NCBI GenBank assembly: GCA_041390125.1 | Contig: JAWKQN010000009.1 | Coordinates: forward strand, 170,628-234,627 | Length of the DNA stretch: 64,000 nt | Source of the DNA: Gemmatimonadota bacterium | GTDB taxonomy: Bacteria > Gemmatimonadota > Gemmatimonadetes > Longimicrobiales > Gaopeijiaceae | Direction: 5' to 3' | In this document: positions 17,682-26,333 of the stretch, piece by piece | Position numbering within the stretch: position 1 is the first letter of the stretch | Layout: each line of letters opens with the position of its first letter | Made by a program: the position numbers and the translations under genes | Notes under the pieces: model-generated | Database searches by the model: none | What the model saw: the letters and a program-made list of their open reading frames with translations, nothing else | What the model was told of the DNA's origin: nothing

Positions 17682-19427
17682 ATGGCCCGGTCCGCCTCTG
17701 CGGGCGCCTCCGTCCTGATCGCGCTCGCCGCGCTCACGTCCTGCACCGCCCCGGCCGCCGACGCCGGTGCGGCCCAGGCGGACGAAGGCCCCGTCTTCCC
17801 CGACCAGAACCGTCCCGACGTGCGCGGGCTGTCGGGCGCGCTGTCCTCCGACCACCCGCTCGCCACCGCCGCCGGGTACGAGGTCCTGCGCCGCGGGGGC
17901 AACGCCATGGATGCGGCCATCACCATGGCCGGGGTCCTCGCCGTGACCCGCCCGCACATGAACGGGGTGGGCGGTGACGCCTTCGCGTTGATCTACGACG
18001 CCGAGAGCGGCACGGTCTCCGCGCTCAACGGGAGTGGGGCCGCGGGCGCCCTGGCGACGCCCGCCTTCTTCGCGCAAGCCGGGGACACGGCCATGCCGCA
18101 GGTCGGTCCCCGCAGCGTGAGCGTTCCGGGCGCCGTGCGGGCCTGGGAGGACGCGCTGGCGCGCTTCGGCACCCTCTCCCTCGCCGAGGCGCTCCAGCCG
18201 GCCATCCACTATGCCCGGGACGGCTTTCCCGTCTCCACGCGCCTGGCCCAGGACATCGAGGAACAGGGCGGCGACCTGGACGATGCCGGTCGGGCCCAGT
18301 ACCTGCCGGGCGGCGTCCCTCCGGCGGTGGGCAGCCTGCTCAAGAACCCGGCCCTGGCCGAGACGCTGGAGCGCATCGCGACCCAGGGCTCCGGGGGCTT
18401 CTACGAGGGGCCGGTCGCGCGAAGCATCGCCGACCTCCTGGAGTCCCGGGGCGGCTACCTGCGGACCGGCGATCTGGCCTCCCATCGCTCGCAATGGGTC
18501 GATCCGCTGTCGATGACGTACCAGGGCTACCGCATGCTGGTCATGCCGCCCAACACGCAAGGGTTCGCGCAGCTCCAGCAATTCGCCATGGCGGAGGAAT
18601 TCGACCTCGTGGGCATGGGTCCCCAGAGCGCGGACTACTGGCACACGCTGATCGAGCTGAAGAAGCTGGCCTTCGCCGACCGGGACGCCTGGGCCGCCGA
18701 CCCGGACATGGCCGAACTCCCGATCGATCAACTGCTTGACCCTGATTATCTGAGGCAACGCGCGAGCATGGTGGACCCGGAGCATGCCGCCACGGACGTG
18801 ACGACGGGGGTCCCGCGACCGGGTGTCGCGGCGGACGCCTCGGCGCACGGCGACGAGGCCGACGGGGGGGACACCGTCTACCTCACGGTCGTGGACCAGT
18901 GGGGCAACGCCGTGAGCTGGATCCAGAGCCTGTTCGCAGGGTTCGGGTCGGGGGTCTTCGATCCCGAGACCGGCGTCATGCTGCAGAACCGGGGCGCGCT
19001 GTTCACGCTCGAGGAGGGCCATCCGAACCAGGTGGCGCCGGGCAAGCGGCCCTACCACACGCTGTCGCCGATGATGGCCCTGCACGGGGACGGCACCTTC
19101 GCCTTCACCATGGGCACACCCGGAGGGGACTCGCAGACGCAGTCGCTGCTCGCGATCACCAACAACCTGCTGCTCTTCGGGATGACGCCCCAACAGGCGA
19201 TCGAGGCGCCCCGCTACCGATCGAACTCCGGCACGTCCGTCTCGTTGGAGGACCGCTTCCCGGCCGCCCTGCGAGCCGAGCTGGAGCGGAGGGGCCATCG
19301 CATCCGCCTGGTGCATGGCTGGACGGCCACCTTCGGAGGCGCCCAGATGATCGTGCTGGACCGCGACAACGGGGTCCGGACCGTGGCGTCCGATCCCCGG
19401 CGCGAAGCCTACGGATTGGCCTACTGA
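17682..19427 (+). CDS. ggt: Gamma-glutamyltransferase
   Basis: GGAGAAG Shine-Dalgarno sequence before ATG 17682. Lipoprotein-like signal LAALTSC. GGDTVYLTVVD carries the autoprocessing Thr; MGTPGGDSQTQ is also present. Confidence 0.9.
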   Translation: MARSASAGASVLIALAALTSCTAPAADAGAAQADEGPVFPDQNRPDVRGLSGALSSDHPLATAAGYEVLRRGGNAMDAAITMAGVLAVTRPHMNGVGGDAFALIYDAESGTVSALNGSGAAGALATPAFFAQAGDTAMPQVGPRSVSVPGAVRAWEDALARFGTLSLAEALQPAIHYARDGFPVSTRLAQDIEEQGGDLDDAGRAQYLPGGVPPAVGSLLKNPALAETLERIATQGSGGFYEGPVARSIADLLESRGGYLRTGDLASHRSQWVDPLSMTYQGYRMLVMPPNTQGFAQLQQFAMAEEFDLVGMGPQSADYWHTLIELKKLAFADRDAWAADPDMAELPIDQLLDPDYLRQRASMVDPEHAATDVTTGVPRPGVAADASAHGDEADGGDTVYLTVVDQWGNAVSWIQSLFAGFGSGVFDPETGVMLQNRGALFTLEEGHPNQVAPGKRPYHTLSPMMALHGDGTFAFTMGTPGGDSQTQSLLAITNNLLLFGMTPQQAIEAPRYRSNSGTSVSLEDRFPAALRAELERRGHRIRLVHGWTATFGGAQMIVLDRDNGVRTVASDPRREAYGLAY

Positions 19428-19453
19428 TCGGCAGAGGAGACGGGACGAGCGCG

Positions 19454-19861
19454 ATGGCGGGAGACGGAATGCGCCTGGAGAGCCGCGTGGGCGTGATCGC
19501 GGCCGTGCTGGGGTTCACGGGTGTGGCGTTGGGCGCCTTCGGAACGCACGCACTGGGGGGAACGGTCCCGCCTCCGCGGCTGGAGACGTGGGAGACCGCG
19601 GTGCGCTACCACCTCATCCACGCCGTCGTGCTCGTGGCGGTGGCCGTTCTGGCCCGCACGGCCCCCACCCGTGCGCTGGCGCTGGCCGGCGTCCTGTTGC
19701 CGGTGGGCGTGCTGGTCTTCGCGGGCACGCTCTACCTGCTCGTCCTGCTCGACCTGCCCGTCCTGGGCGCGGTCACCCCTCTGGGGGGGATCCTGCTCCT
19801 CGCGGGCTGGATGGCCGTGGGGGCGCACTTCCTGGCGCTGGGGAGGAACCGCGGCGGCTGA
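19454..19861 (+). CDS. DUF423 (YgdD-like) small membrane protein
   Basis: Four TM helices and the GAFGTHAL and AVRYHLIHA motifs. Confidence 0.75.
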   Translation: MAGDGMRLESRVGVIAAVLGFTGVALGAFGTHALGGTVPPPRLETWETAVRYHLIHAVVLVAVAVLARTAPTRALALAGVLLPVGVLVFAGTLYLLVLLDLPVLGAVTPLGGILLLAGWMAVGAHFLALGRNRGG

Positions 19862-19937
19862 GGCCGACGCGATCCCGACGTCGTCCCCGCCCGCCCCGAG
19901 GACGTTCGGTATCCCGCCCCAGGGGCACCCCCGCCGT

Positions 19938-20369
19938 TCAACGCGCCCGCAGCACGGCCCGGTAGTTCGGATCGATCACCAGTCGTAGCCGGGCGTCCGG
20001 TCCGACCTCCTCGATCCGGTTGGACGTGGTCCGCCGCCCGCCGGCATTGATGATCAGCGCCCGGGCGGTGGGTCCGTCGCGGTAGAGCGGGACGTCCAGG
20101 CTGCGACCCGGATCGACCGTGGCCAGCAGCTCGGTGTCGACGCCCACGCCCCACTGCATGCGCACCGCGACGGCCATCTCGAAGTCGTTCTCGATGGTCA
20201 GGGTGAGTGCCTCTCCGCCCACGAACCCGTCGAAGGGGTCGGGGTCGGGCGCGGGCGCTCCCTGGCTGGCGCAGCCGACGGCGAAGAGCCCGAGCCCGGA
20301 CAGGAGCACCGCACGCCCGACGCGACGTCGGGCCGCGCGGCCCCACGAACGGATGGTCACGGCTCGCAT
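19938..20369 (-). CDS. Hypothetical lipoprotein
   Basis: The signal peptide has lipobox FAVGC. No recognisable domain. Confidence 0.55.
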   Translation of the reverse strand: MRAVTIRSWGRAARRRVGRAVLLSGLGLFAVGCASQGAPAPDPDPFDGFVGGEALTLTIENDFEMAVAVRMQWGVGVDTELLATVDPGRSLDVPLYRDGPTARALIINAGGRRTTSNRIEEVGPDARLRLVIDPNYRAVLRAR

Positions 20370-20487
20370 CTTCGACCCCTCCTTCCCGTCCCCTGGGTTC
20401 GCGGAGGCGGGTCGGCACCCACGCGGCATGCCGACGAGGCCGACCGCCGCGAAGCCGGGCGTTCCGGTGTCGCCCGCGGCAGCCAGC

Positions 20488-21414
20488 CTACGCGCTCACC
20501 TCGGCCGGTGCCATCTGGGACACGTCCGGGACGACCAGGGTTCCGGACCCCTCGTTGGTGAACACCTCGAGCAGGAGCGAGTCGGGCACCTTGTACGAGA
20601 TCACGTGCACGCGGCGCACCCCGGCGTCGATCGCCGACCGGATGGCGGCCGCCTTGGGCAGCATGCCGCCCGCGAGCGAGCCGGCTTCCGCCAGGCGGTC
20701 GAGCCCGTCCAGGTCCGTGTAGGAGACGAGGGAGTCGGGATCGGCCGCGTCGCGCAGCACGCCCGGGGCACCGGTCAGGATGATCCACTTCTCGGCCTGG
20801 ATGGCCCCGGCCAGCGCGGAGGCGATGGTGTCGGCGTTGATGTTGAGGATCTCGCCCTGGTCGTCGGCGGAGATGGGGCTCACCACCGGGACGAAGCCTT
20901 CCTCCAGGATGCGACGCAGCACGTTGGCGTCCACCGAGACGATGTCCCCGACGTAGCCGTAGTCCACCGGGTCGCCGGAGGCGGTCCGCTTCGGCGGACG
21001 CCGCACCGCCCGGATGAGGCCCGCATCCACGCCCGAGATGCCCAGGGCGGGCACGTCCAGCTCCCGGCACCGCGCCACGATGGCCGTGTTCACGGTCCCG
21101 TTGAGCACCATGGTCGCCACGTCCCGCATGGGGCCGTCGGTGACGCGCCGGCCGTCCACGAACGGGCTGTCGACCCCCATGCTCTGGGCCACCTCGGTCA
21201 TCTGGCGGCCCCCGCCGTGGACCAGCACCACGCGGATGCCGAGCCGGTGGAGGATTCCCACCTGCTCCAGCAGCGAGCGGCCGAGCGCGGGATCGGTGAA
21301 GACCTCGCCACCGGCCTTGATGACGAACGTCTTGCCCTGGAACAGGCGCAGATAGGGAACGGCGCGGCGGAGCGCCAGCACGGCGCTGGCGGAGCCGTCG
21401 GAACCGGGGGTCAT
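20488..21414 (-). CDS. argB: Acetylglutamate kinase
   Basis: Motifs FVIKAGGE, VLVHGGG and INADT. The ATG overlaps the argF' stop (ATGA). Confidence 0.92.
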   Translation of the reverse strand: MTPGSDGSASAVLALRRAVPYLRLFQGKTFVIKAGGEVFTDPALGRSLLEQVGILHRLGIRVVLVHGGGRQMTEVAQSMGVDSPFVDGRRVTDGPMRDVATMVLNGTVNTAIVARCRELDVPALGISGVDAGLIRAVRRPPKRTASGDPVDYGYVGDIVSVDANVLRRILEEGFVPVVSPISADDQGEILNINADTIASALAGAIQAEKWIILTGAPGVLRDAADPDSLVSYTDLDGLDRLAEAGSLAGGMLPKAAAIRSAIDAGVRRVHVISYKVPDSLLLEVFTNEGSGTLVVPDVSQMAPAEVSA

Positions 21415-22421
21415 CGCGAAGAGCCTCCGAGCAGGTCGAGGAGAATGGCTTTCTGGACGTGCAGACGGTTGCCGGCCTGACGGACGACGCGGGAGCGAGG
21501 GCCGTCGAGGATCTCGTCGGCCACCACCACGTTGCGGCGGACGGGCAGGCAGTGCATGAAGACGGCCTCCGGGCGGGCCGGCCGGAACCACGACTCGCGC
21601 ACACACCAGTCCCGCAGGCCGGCCCGGAGACCACGCTCGGCCTCGGCCTCACCGTAGTGGCGGGGCGACTGCCAGGACTTGGCGTACAGGACGTGGGCGC
21701 CGTCCAGGGCGGCCTCGCGGTCGTCGGTCTCGCGCACGGTGCCGCCGGACGCGGCCGCCAGGGCGCGGGCGCTGTCCATAACAGGATCCGGCAACCCGAA
21801 GCCGTCGGGACGCAGCACCGTGACGTCCATGCCTCGCATCGCCGCCATGCGCACCACCGCGGACGGGACGGCCAGCGGCAGCGCCTTGGGGTGGTAGGCC
21901 CACGACAGCACGAAGCGACCCCCCGCCCGCGGGACCTCGAGGTCGTCCAGGGTCTTCCAGTCGCCGAGCGCCTGGCAGGGGTGGTTCATGGCGGACTCGA
22001 GGTTGACCACCGGCACGCTGGAATGGCGCACGACCGCACCCATCAGGGGCTCGGCCTGGTCGAGCACGAGGGAGCAGCCCTCCGGGAACGCCCGCACCCC
22101 CAGCACGTCGCAGTACTCACCCAGCACCGGGATGGCTTCGCGGATGTGCTCGGCGGCCTCGCCGTCCATGGTCACGCCCTCCCGGAGCTCCAGCTTCCAG
22201 GTGCCCTGACCGGGAGCCAGCACGAAGCTGCTCCCGCCGAGCTGGGCCATCCCGGCCTGGAAGGAGGACAGGGTGCGCAGCGAGGGGTTGAAGAACAGCA
22301 GGCCCAGGACCCGGCCGCGCAGATCGTCCCGGCGCGGGTGCCGCTCGAGCTCGGAGGCGGAAGCCAGGAGGGCCTCCACGGCGGAGGGCTGCAGAGCCCC
22401 CAGATCGGTGAAGTGGCGCAC
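21411..22421 (-). CDS. argF': N-acetyl- (or N-succinyl-) ornithine carbamoyltransferase, ArgF' type
   Basis: Motifs SLRT, HPCQ (canonical OTCases have HPTQ) and HCLPVRRN. GTG 22421 is preceded by AAGGA. Confidence 0.85.
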   Translation of the reverse strand: MRHFTDLGALQPSAVEALLASASELERHPRRDDLRGRVLGLLFFNPSLRTLSSFQAGMAQLGGSSFVLAPGQGTWKLELREGVTMDGEAAEHIREAIPVLGEYCDVLGVRAFPEGCSLVLDQAEPLMGAVVRHSSVPVVNLESAMNHPCQALGDWKTLDDLEVPRAGGRFVLSWAYHPKALPLAVPSAVVRMAAMRGMDVTVLRPDGFGLPDPVMDSARALAAASGGTVRETDDREAALDGAHVLYAKSWQSPRHYGEAEAERGLRAGLRDWCVRESWFRPARPEAVFMHCLPVRRNVVVADEILDGPRSRVVRQAGNRLHVQKAILLDLLGGSSR

Positions 22422-22444
22422 GGGTGTGGTCGTCCTTGCGGGTC

Positions 22445-23593
22445 TCAGCCGGGGATGGAGAGCAGGGCGCTCGCCAGCCGGTCGACGTGCGTCTCGTCGA
22501 TCACGAGGGGCGGCATGAGGCGCACGACGGCAGGGTCCTTGGACGTGCCCGTCAGGATGCCCTGGTCCCGGAGCGCGCCGACCACCTCCTTGGCGGGGCG
22601 GCTGCAGCGCAGTCCGACCAGGAGTCCGCGACCCTGGATGTCCACGACCGGTCCGACCCGGCAGGTGGACCGGATGCGGGCGCCCATCTCCGCCACGTGG
22701 TCCAGGAAGCCCGGCGCCGACAGCGCGTCCGCCACGGCCACGATGAGGGCGGCGGCCAGCGGGCCGCCCCCGAACGTCGTGCCCAGATCGCCCGAGGCGA
22801 CGGTCGCGCCCACCGCCTCGGTCATGAGGACCGCGCCGGCCGGAAAGCCCCCGGCCAAGCCCTTGGCGGTCGTGACGAGGTCGGGATCGACCCCCGCGTG
22901 CTCGAACGCGAACATCTTGCCGGACCGCGCCATCCCGCACTGGATCTCATCCGCGATGAGAAGGGCGCCGGCTGCCCGGGACCGCTCCCGCACCGCCTGG
23001 AGGAACGCGTCGGGCAGGTCGCGCGCGCCCTGGACCCCCTGCACCGCCTCGACGATCACCGCGGCGACGTCCCCACCGGCGAGTGCCTGGTCCAGCCCGT
23101 CCACGTCCCCGACGGCGACCCAGGTCACGTCGAAGGGCGTGCGGGGGAAGCCGTACCAGGCCGCGCTGCCATACGTCACCGCTGCCGACGCCGCGGTGCG
23201 ACCGTGGAAGGACCCTTCGAGGGCCACGACCCGCGTCCGTCCCGTGGCGCGGAGCGCGAGCCGGAGCGCGTTCTCGTTGGCCTCGGCCCCGGAGTTGACC
23301 AGGAAGACCCGCTCCAGCCCGTCGGGAGCCAGGGCGGCCAACCGCTCATGGGCCCGCCGGCGGACCTCGATGTCCACCAGGTTGGTCTGGAAGAAGAGCC
23401 GGCCCGCCTGATCGGTCAGCGCCCGGACCAGCGCCGGGTGACCGTAGCCCAGGAGCGCCGTGGCGTGTCCGCCGTAGAAGTCGAGGTAGCGCTCACCCGT
23501 GCTGGCGACCACCTCCACCCCGTCGCCTTCGTTGATCTCGATGCCCAGTCGTGCATAGACCGGGAGCTCCGCCCTCGACGTGGTCAGCTCCAT
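22445..23593 (-). CDS. argD: Acetylornithine aminotransferase (class III PLP)
   Basis: Motifs NSGAEANE, DEIQCGMARSG and TTAKGLAGG (PLP-binding Lys). The start overlaps the argC end by 10 nt. Confidence 0.9.
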   Translation of the reverse strand: MELTTSRAELPVYARLGIEINEGDGVEVVASTGERYLDFYGGHATALLGYGHPALVRALTDQAGRLFFQTNLVDIEVRRRAHERLAALAPDGLERVFLVNSGAEANENALRLALRATGRTRVVALEGSFHGRTAASAAVTYGSAAWYGFPRTPFDVTWVAVGDVDGLDQALAGGDVAAVIVEAVQGVQGARDLPDAFLQAVRERSRAAGALLIADEIQCGMARSGKMFAFEHAGVDPDLVTTAKGLAGGFPAGAVLMTEAVGATVASGDLGTTFGGGPLAAALIVAVADALSAPGFLDHVAEMGARIRSTCRVGPVVDIQGRGLLVGLRCSRPAKEVVGALRDQGILTGTSKDPAVVRLMPPLVIDETHVDRLASALLSIPG

Positions 23594-24657
23594 CCCAGGC
23601 CCGGCGTGAGGAGGCCGGTGGACTCGGGCAGCCCGGCCAGACGGTTCATCCACTGGAGCGCTCCGCCCGAGGCTCCCTTGATCAGGTTGTCCAACGTGGA
23701 GACCACGACCGCCTGATCCCCGTCGGCCACCGCCGACATGCAGCAGCGGTTGCTCCCCACCACTTCCTTGAGGGACGGAGGCGAGGGCCGCACCGTCACG
23801 AACGGGTGATCGGCGTAGAACCTTGTCAGCAAATCAGTCAGGTCTCTCGAGCTCATGCGCTGCGTGAGCTCGACGTGGAGGGTCGCGTGGATTCCGCGCG
23901 CGAACGGGCCCGACGTCGGGACGAACAGCACGCGCGGATCGGACCCATCGGACGCAAGACGCCCGAGCAGCATCTCCATCTCCGGCCGGTGCCGGTGCCC
24001 AAGCGGGTTGTAGACCCGCATGGAGCCGTGGCGGTCGGGGTGGTGCGTGCCCGGCGTCGGTGAGCGGCCACTGCCGGTGCTGCCGGTGACGGCGCTCACC
24101 CGGACGGGCCCGGCCAGGAGGCCGGCCGCCACCAGCGGCGCCGCCCCCAGCGTGACGCACGTGGTGAAGCAGCCCGGGTGGGCCACCGGTCCCGCAGGCG
24201 TCTCGGGGGTCAGCTCGGGCAGCGCGCAGGTGAAGGCGTCGATCCGCCCCGGCGCCGGGTGCTCGTGACCGTAGACCGCACGGTAGGCCTCGGCGGTGGG
24301 CAGGCGGAAGTCCGCGGACAGGTCCACGAGCAGCAGCTCGTGCCCGGCGGAGTCCGCTGCGGTCAGCAGCTCGTCCAGGACCGTGGCGGTGGCGCCGTGC
24401 GGAAGGCAGGAGAAGACGGCCACCCGCCCCGGCCCGTCCCGTCCCACGATCGACGTGACGTCGGCCTGCGGCAGGAACGTGGCCCCGGGGAGGACGCCCG
24501 TCAGGTGGGGGAACAGCCCCTCGATGGACTCTCCGGCCTGGCCGTGCGCGAAGGCACCGCGGAGCTCCAAGCCGGGATGGCCGAACAGCAGGCGCATGAC
24601 CTCGGCGCCCACGTAGCCACTCCCGCCCAGCACCCAGGTGGGGATGGGCTCAGACAC
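23584..24657 (-). CDS. argC: N-acetyl-gamma-glutamyl-phosphate reductase
   Basis: NAD-binding motif GGSGYVG and active-site Cys region HPGCFTTC. GTG 24657 overlaps the upstream stop by 8 nt. Confidence 0.9.
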   Translation of the reverse strand: MSEPIPTWVLGGSGYVGAEVMRLLFGHPGLELRGAFAHGQAGESIEGLFPHLTGVLPGATFLPQADVTSIVGRDGPGRVAVFSCLPHGATATVLDELLTAADSAGHELLLVDLSADFRLPTAEAYRAVYGHEHPAPGRIDAFTCALPELTPETPAGPVAHPGCFTTCVTLGAAPLVAAGLLAGPVRVSAVTGSTGSGRSPTPGTHHPDRHGSMRVYNPLGHRHRPEMEMLLGRLASDGSDPRVLFVPTSGPFARGIHATLHVELTQRMSSRDLTDLLTRFYADHPFVTVRPSPPSLKEVVGSNRCCMSAVADGDQAVVVSTLDNLIKGASGGALQWMNRLAGLPESTGLLTPGLGWS

Positions 24658-25717
24658 GGGGGCCTCCCGCCGCAACGCCCACGGCACCGAGCACCACGTC
24701 GGCCAGCTCGGCCGCCGCCACCCGGGCGTTGATGGCCCGGACCCCGAAGCGGGACTCGATCACCTCGGTGCCGGCGGCATTGTCCGTGGCCGGGCCGGTC
24801 ACGACCGTCGCGCGGATACCGTAGGTCTCTTCGAGGACCCGCAGGCCGCCGTAGGCGCCGACCGGATCGGTGGCGGCCAGCACCACGGCGCTGAAACAGC
24901 CGCGGAGCCCCTCGTCCGCGAGGATCGCGTCGACCCCGTAGTCGCCGAACAGGCCGTCGCCCAGCTCCAGCACCAGGACGTCGGGACGCTCGTCGGCCAG
25001 GGTGGTCAGGATGGCCCGCGCCAACTGCGGGGCATTGGCCCGGCTGGTGGTGACGACCCCGAAGTCCGTGAAGACGGCCGTGCGCTGGGCGCCGGAGTCC
25101 TCCATGTGGAGCACGTCACGCCGGAGGCTGACGCCCGTGGTCTTGCCGCCGTGGACCCGGAGGCTCCGGTGGGCCAGGGCCTGGATGAGGCTGGAGCAGG
25201 CGGCCGTCTTGCCGGCGTTCATCGAAGTGCCCACGACGGCGACCACCGGAATGCCCTGGACGTCCAGGCGCGCGGGCATGGGCAGGGCGTTGCCGCGGAT
25301 GTTGGCCGGCAGGCCGATGCGCTCGCCCAGATAGGGGAAGGTCAGCACCTGGCCCAGCACCTCGCACTCGAACGGGGGTCCCACCTCGGGACTCCAGGAC
25401 GTGCAGGTGCCGATGACGCCGCCCAGGTTGAGGATGTGGACGCCGGCCCCGGTGGACAGGCGCTCCGGGATGTGCCCCGCGTAGCCACCGAGCGCTCGGC
25501 GATGTCCCAGGGCGCCCACCACCACGTCTCCGGGCTTGAGGAGCGAGAAGCGACCGCTCGGCAGCTCGAGTTGGTTGTAGGTGCTCTTGCGGCTGAGCAC
25601 CCGCACCGCCACCACGTCCCCCTCGGTGCAGGGGTAGGTGTCGCCCACCCACACCGAGCGCGCCACCTGCGCGTTCCGGGTGACGGACGCGATCTTGTCG
25701 ACCACCAACTGCCTCAC
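24650..25717 (-). CDS. Uncharacterised P-loop (Walker A-like) protein embedded in the arg operon
   Basis: 355 aa. The GTG overlaps the argR stop (GTGA) and the stop overlaps the argC start. Walker A-like VVGTSMNAGKTAA and Walker B-like VLVLELGDG are present, with a beta-rich N-terminal third. I do not recognise it as any canonical arg enzyme. Confidence 0.75.
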   Translation of the reverse strand: MRQLVVDKIASVTRNAQVARSVWVGDTYPCTEGDVVAVRVLSRKSTYNQLELPSGRFSLLKPGDVVVGALGHRRALGGYAGHIPERLSTGAGVHILNLGGVIGTCTSWSPEVGPPFECEVLGQVLTFPYLGERIGLPANIRGNALPMPARLDVQGIPVVAVVGTSMNAGKTAACSSLIQALAHRSLRVHGGKTTGVSLRRDVLHMEDSGAQRTAVFTDFGVVTTSRANAPQLARAILTTLADERPDVLVLELGDGLFGDYGVDAILADEGLRGCFSAVVLAATDPVGAYGGLRVLEETYGIRATVVTGPATDNAAGTEVIESRFGVRAINARVAAAELADVVLGAVGVAAGGPRV

Positions 25718-26199
25718 GCCTGGTTGCCTCCCGCCCCTCTCTGGCTGCTCAAACGGTTGTCCCGCCCATGTTTGGTGGCCCAGACCTCGAGTCGATTCCG
25801 AACCATCGGCAATCCGCTGGGCTCCGCGACCGCCACGAAGATCGTGTCGTCGCCTGCGATGGTCCCCACCACCTCCGGCCACTCGGCCTCGTCGATCGCC
25901 ACCCCCACCGGCTGGGCGGCGCCCACCCGCGTGTGGACCACGAGGAGGTGATCGCCGGCGGGCATCGCCGACTCGATGAGTCCCAGGATGGACGGCGGGA
26001 TCTGCCGGGGATCGTCGGGCAACCGGTAGGCCCCGCGCACCTTGGTCACCCCCAGGGCACGCAGGTCGCGCGAGACCGACGCCTGGGTCGTCTCGAAGCC
26101 CTGCTCCCGGAGGCGGCCCACGAGCTCGGACTGACGGCGGATGCGCTCGCGCGTCAGCAGGGCCCGGATGGCCTGGTGGCGGATCTCCCGGTCGTCCAT
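25714..26199 (-). CDS. argR: Arginine repressor
   Basis: Winged-HTH TTQASVSRDLRALGV and C-terminal oligomerisation/arginine-binding region GTIAGDDTIFV. Confidence 0.9.
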   Translation of the reverse strand: MDDREIRHQAIRALLTRERIRRQSELVGRLREQGFETTQASVSRDLRALGVTKVRGAYRLPDDPRQIPPSILGLIESAMPAGDHLLVVHTRVGAAQPVGVAIDEAEWPEVVGTIAGDDTIFVAVAEPSGLPMVRNRLEVWATKHGRDNRLSSQRGAGGNQA

Positions 26200-26276
26200 G
26201 TCGGGCCCCCGTGCCCGGCCCGCCTTCGCGGGCACCAACGACGAGCGGCCCGCCAGCATCTCCGGCGGGCCGCTTC

Positions 26277-26301
26277 ATGCGTACCTATACGCATATTATG
26301 C
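26277..26301. promoter_or_regulatory. Candidate ArgR operator: 18-bp palindrome ATGCGTA-CCTA-TACGCAT overlapping GCATA-T-TATGC
   Basis: The dyad lies 78-102 nt upstream of the argR ATG in an otherwise GC-rich spacer. It has the length of an ARG box, but its half-site spacing differs from the E. coli consensus. Confidence 0.45.
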
Positions 26302-26333
26302 AGGCTTCCCCGAAGGTCTGCAAGGGGCCGGGT

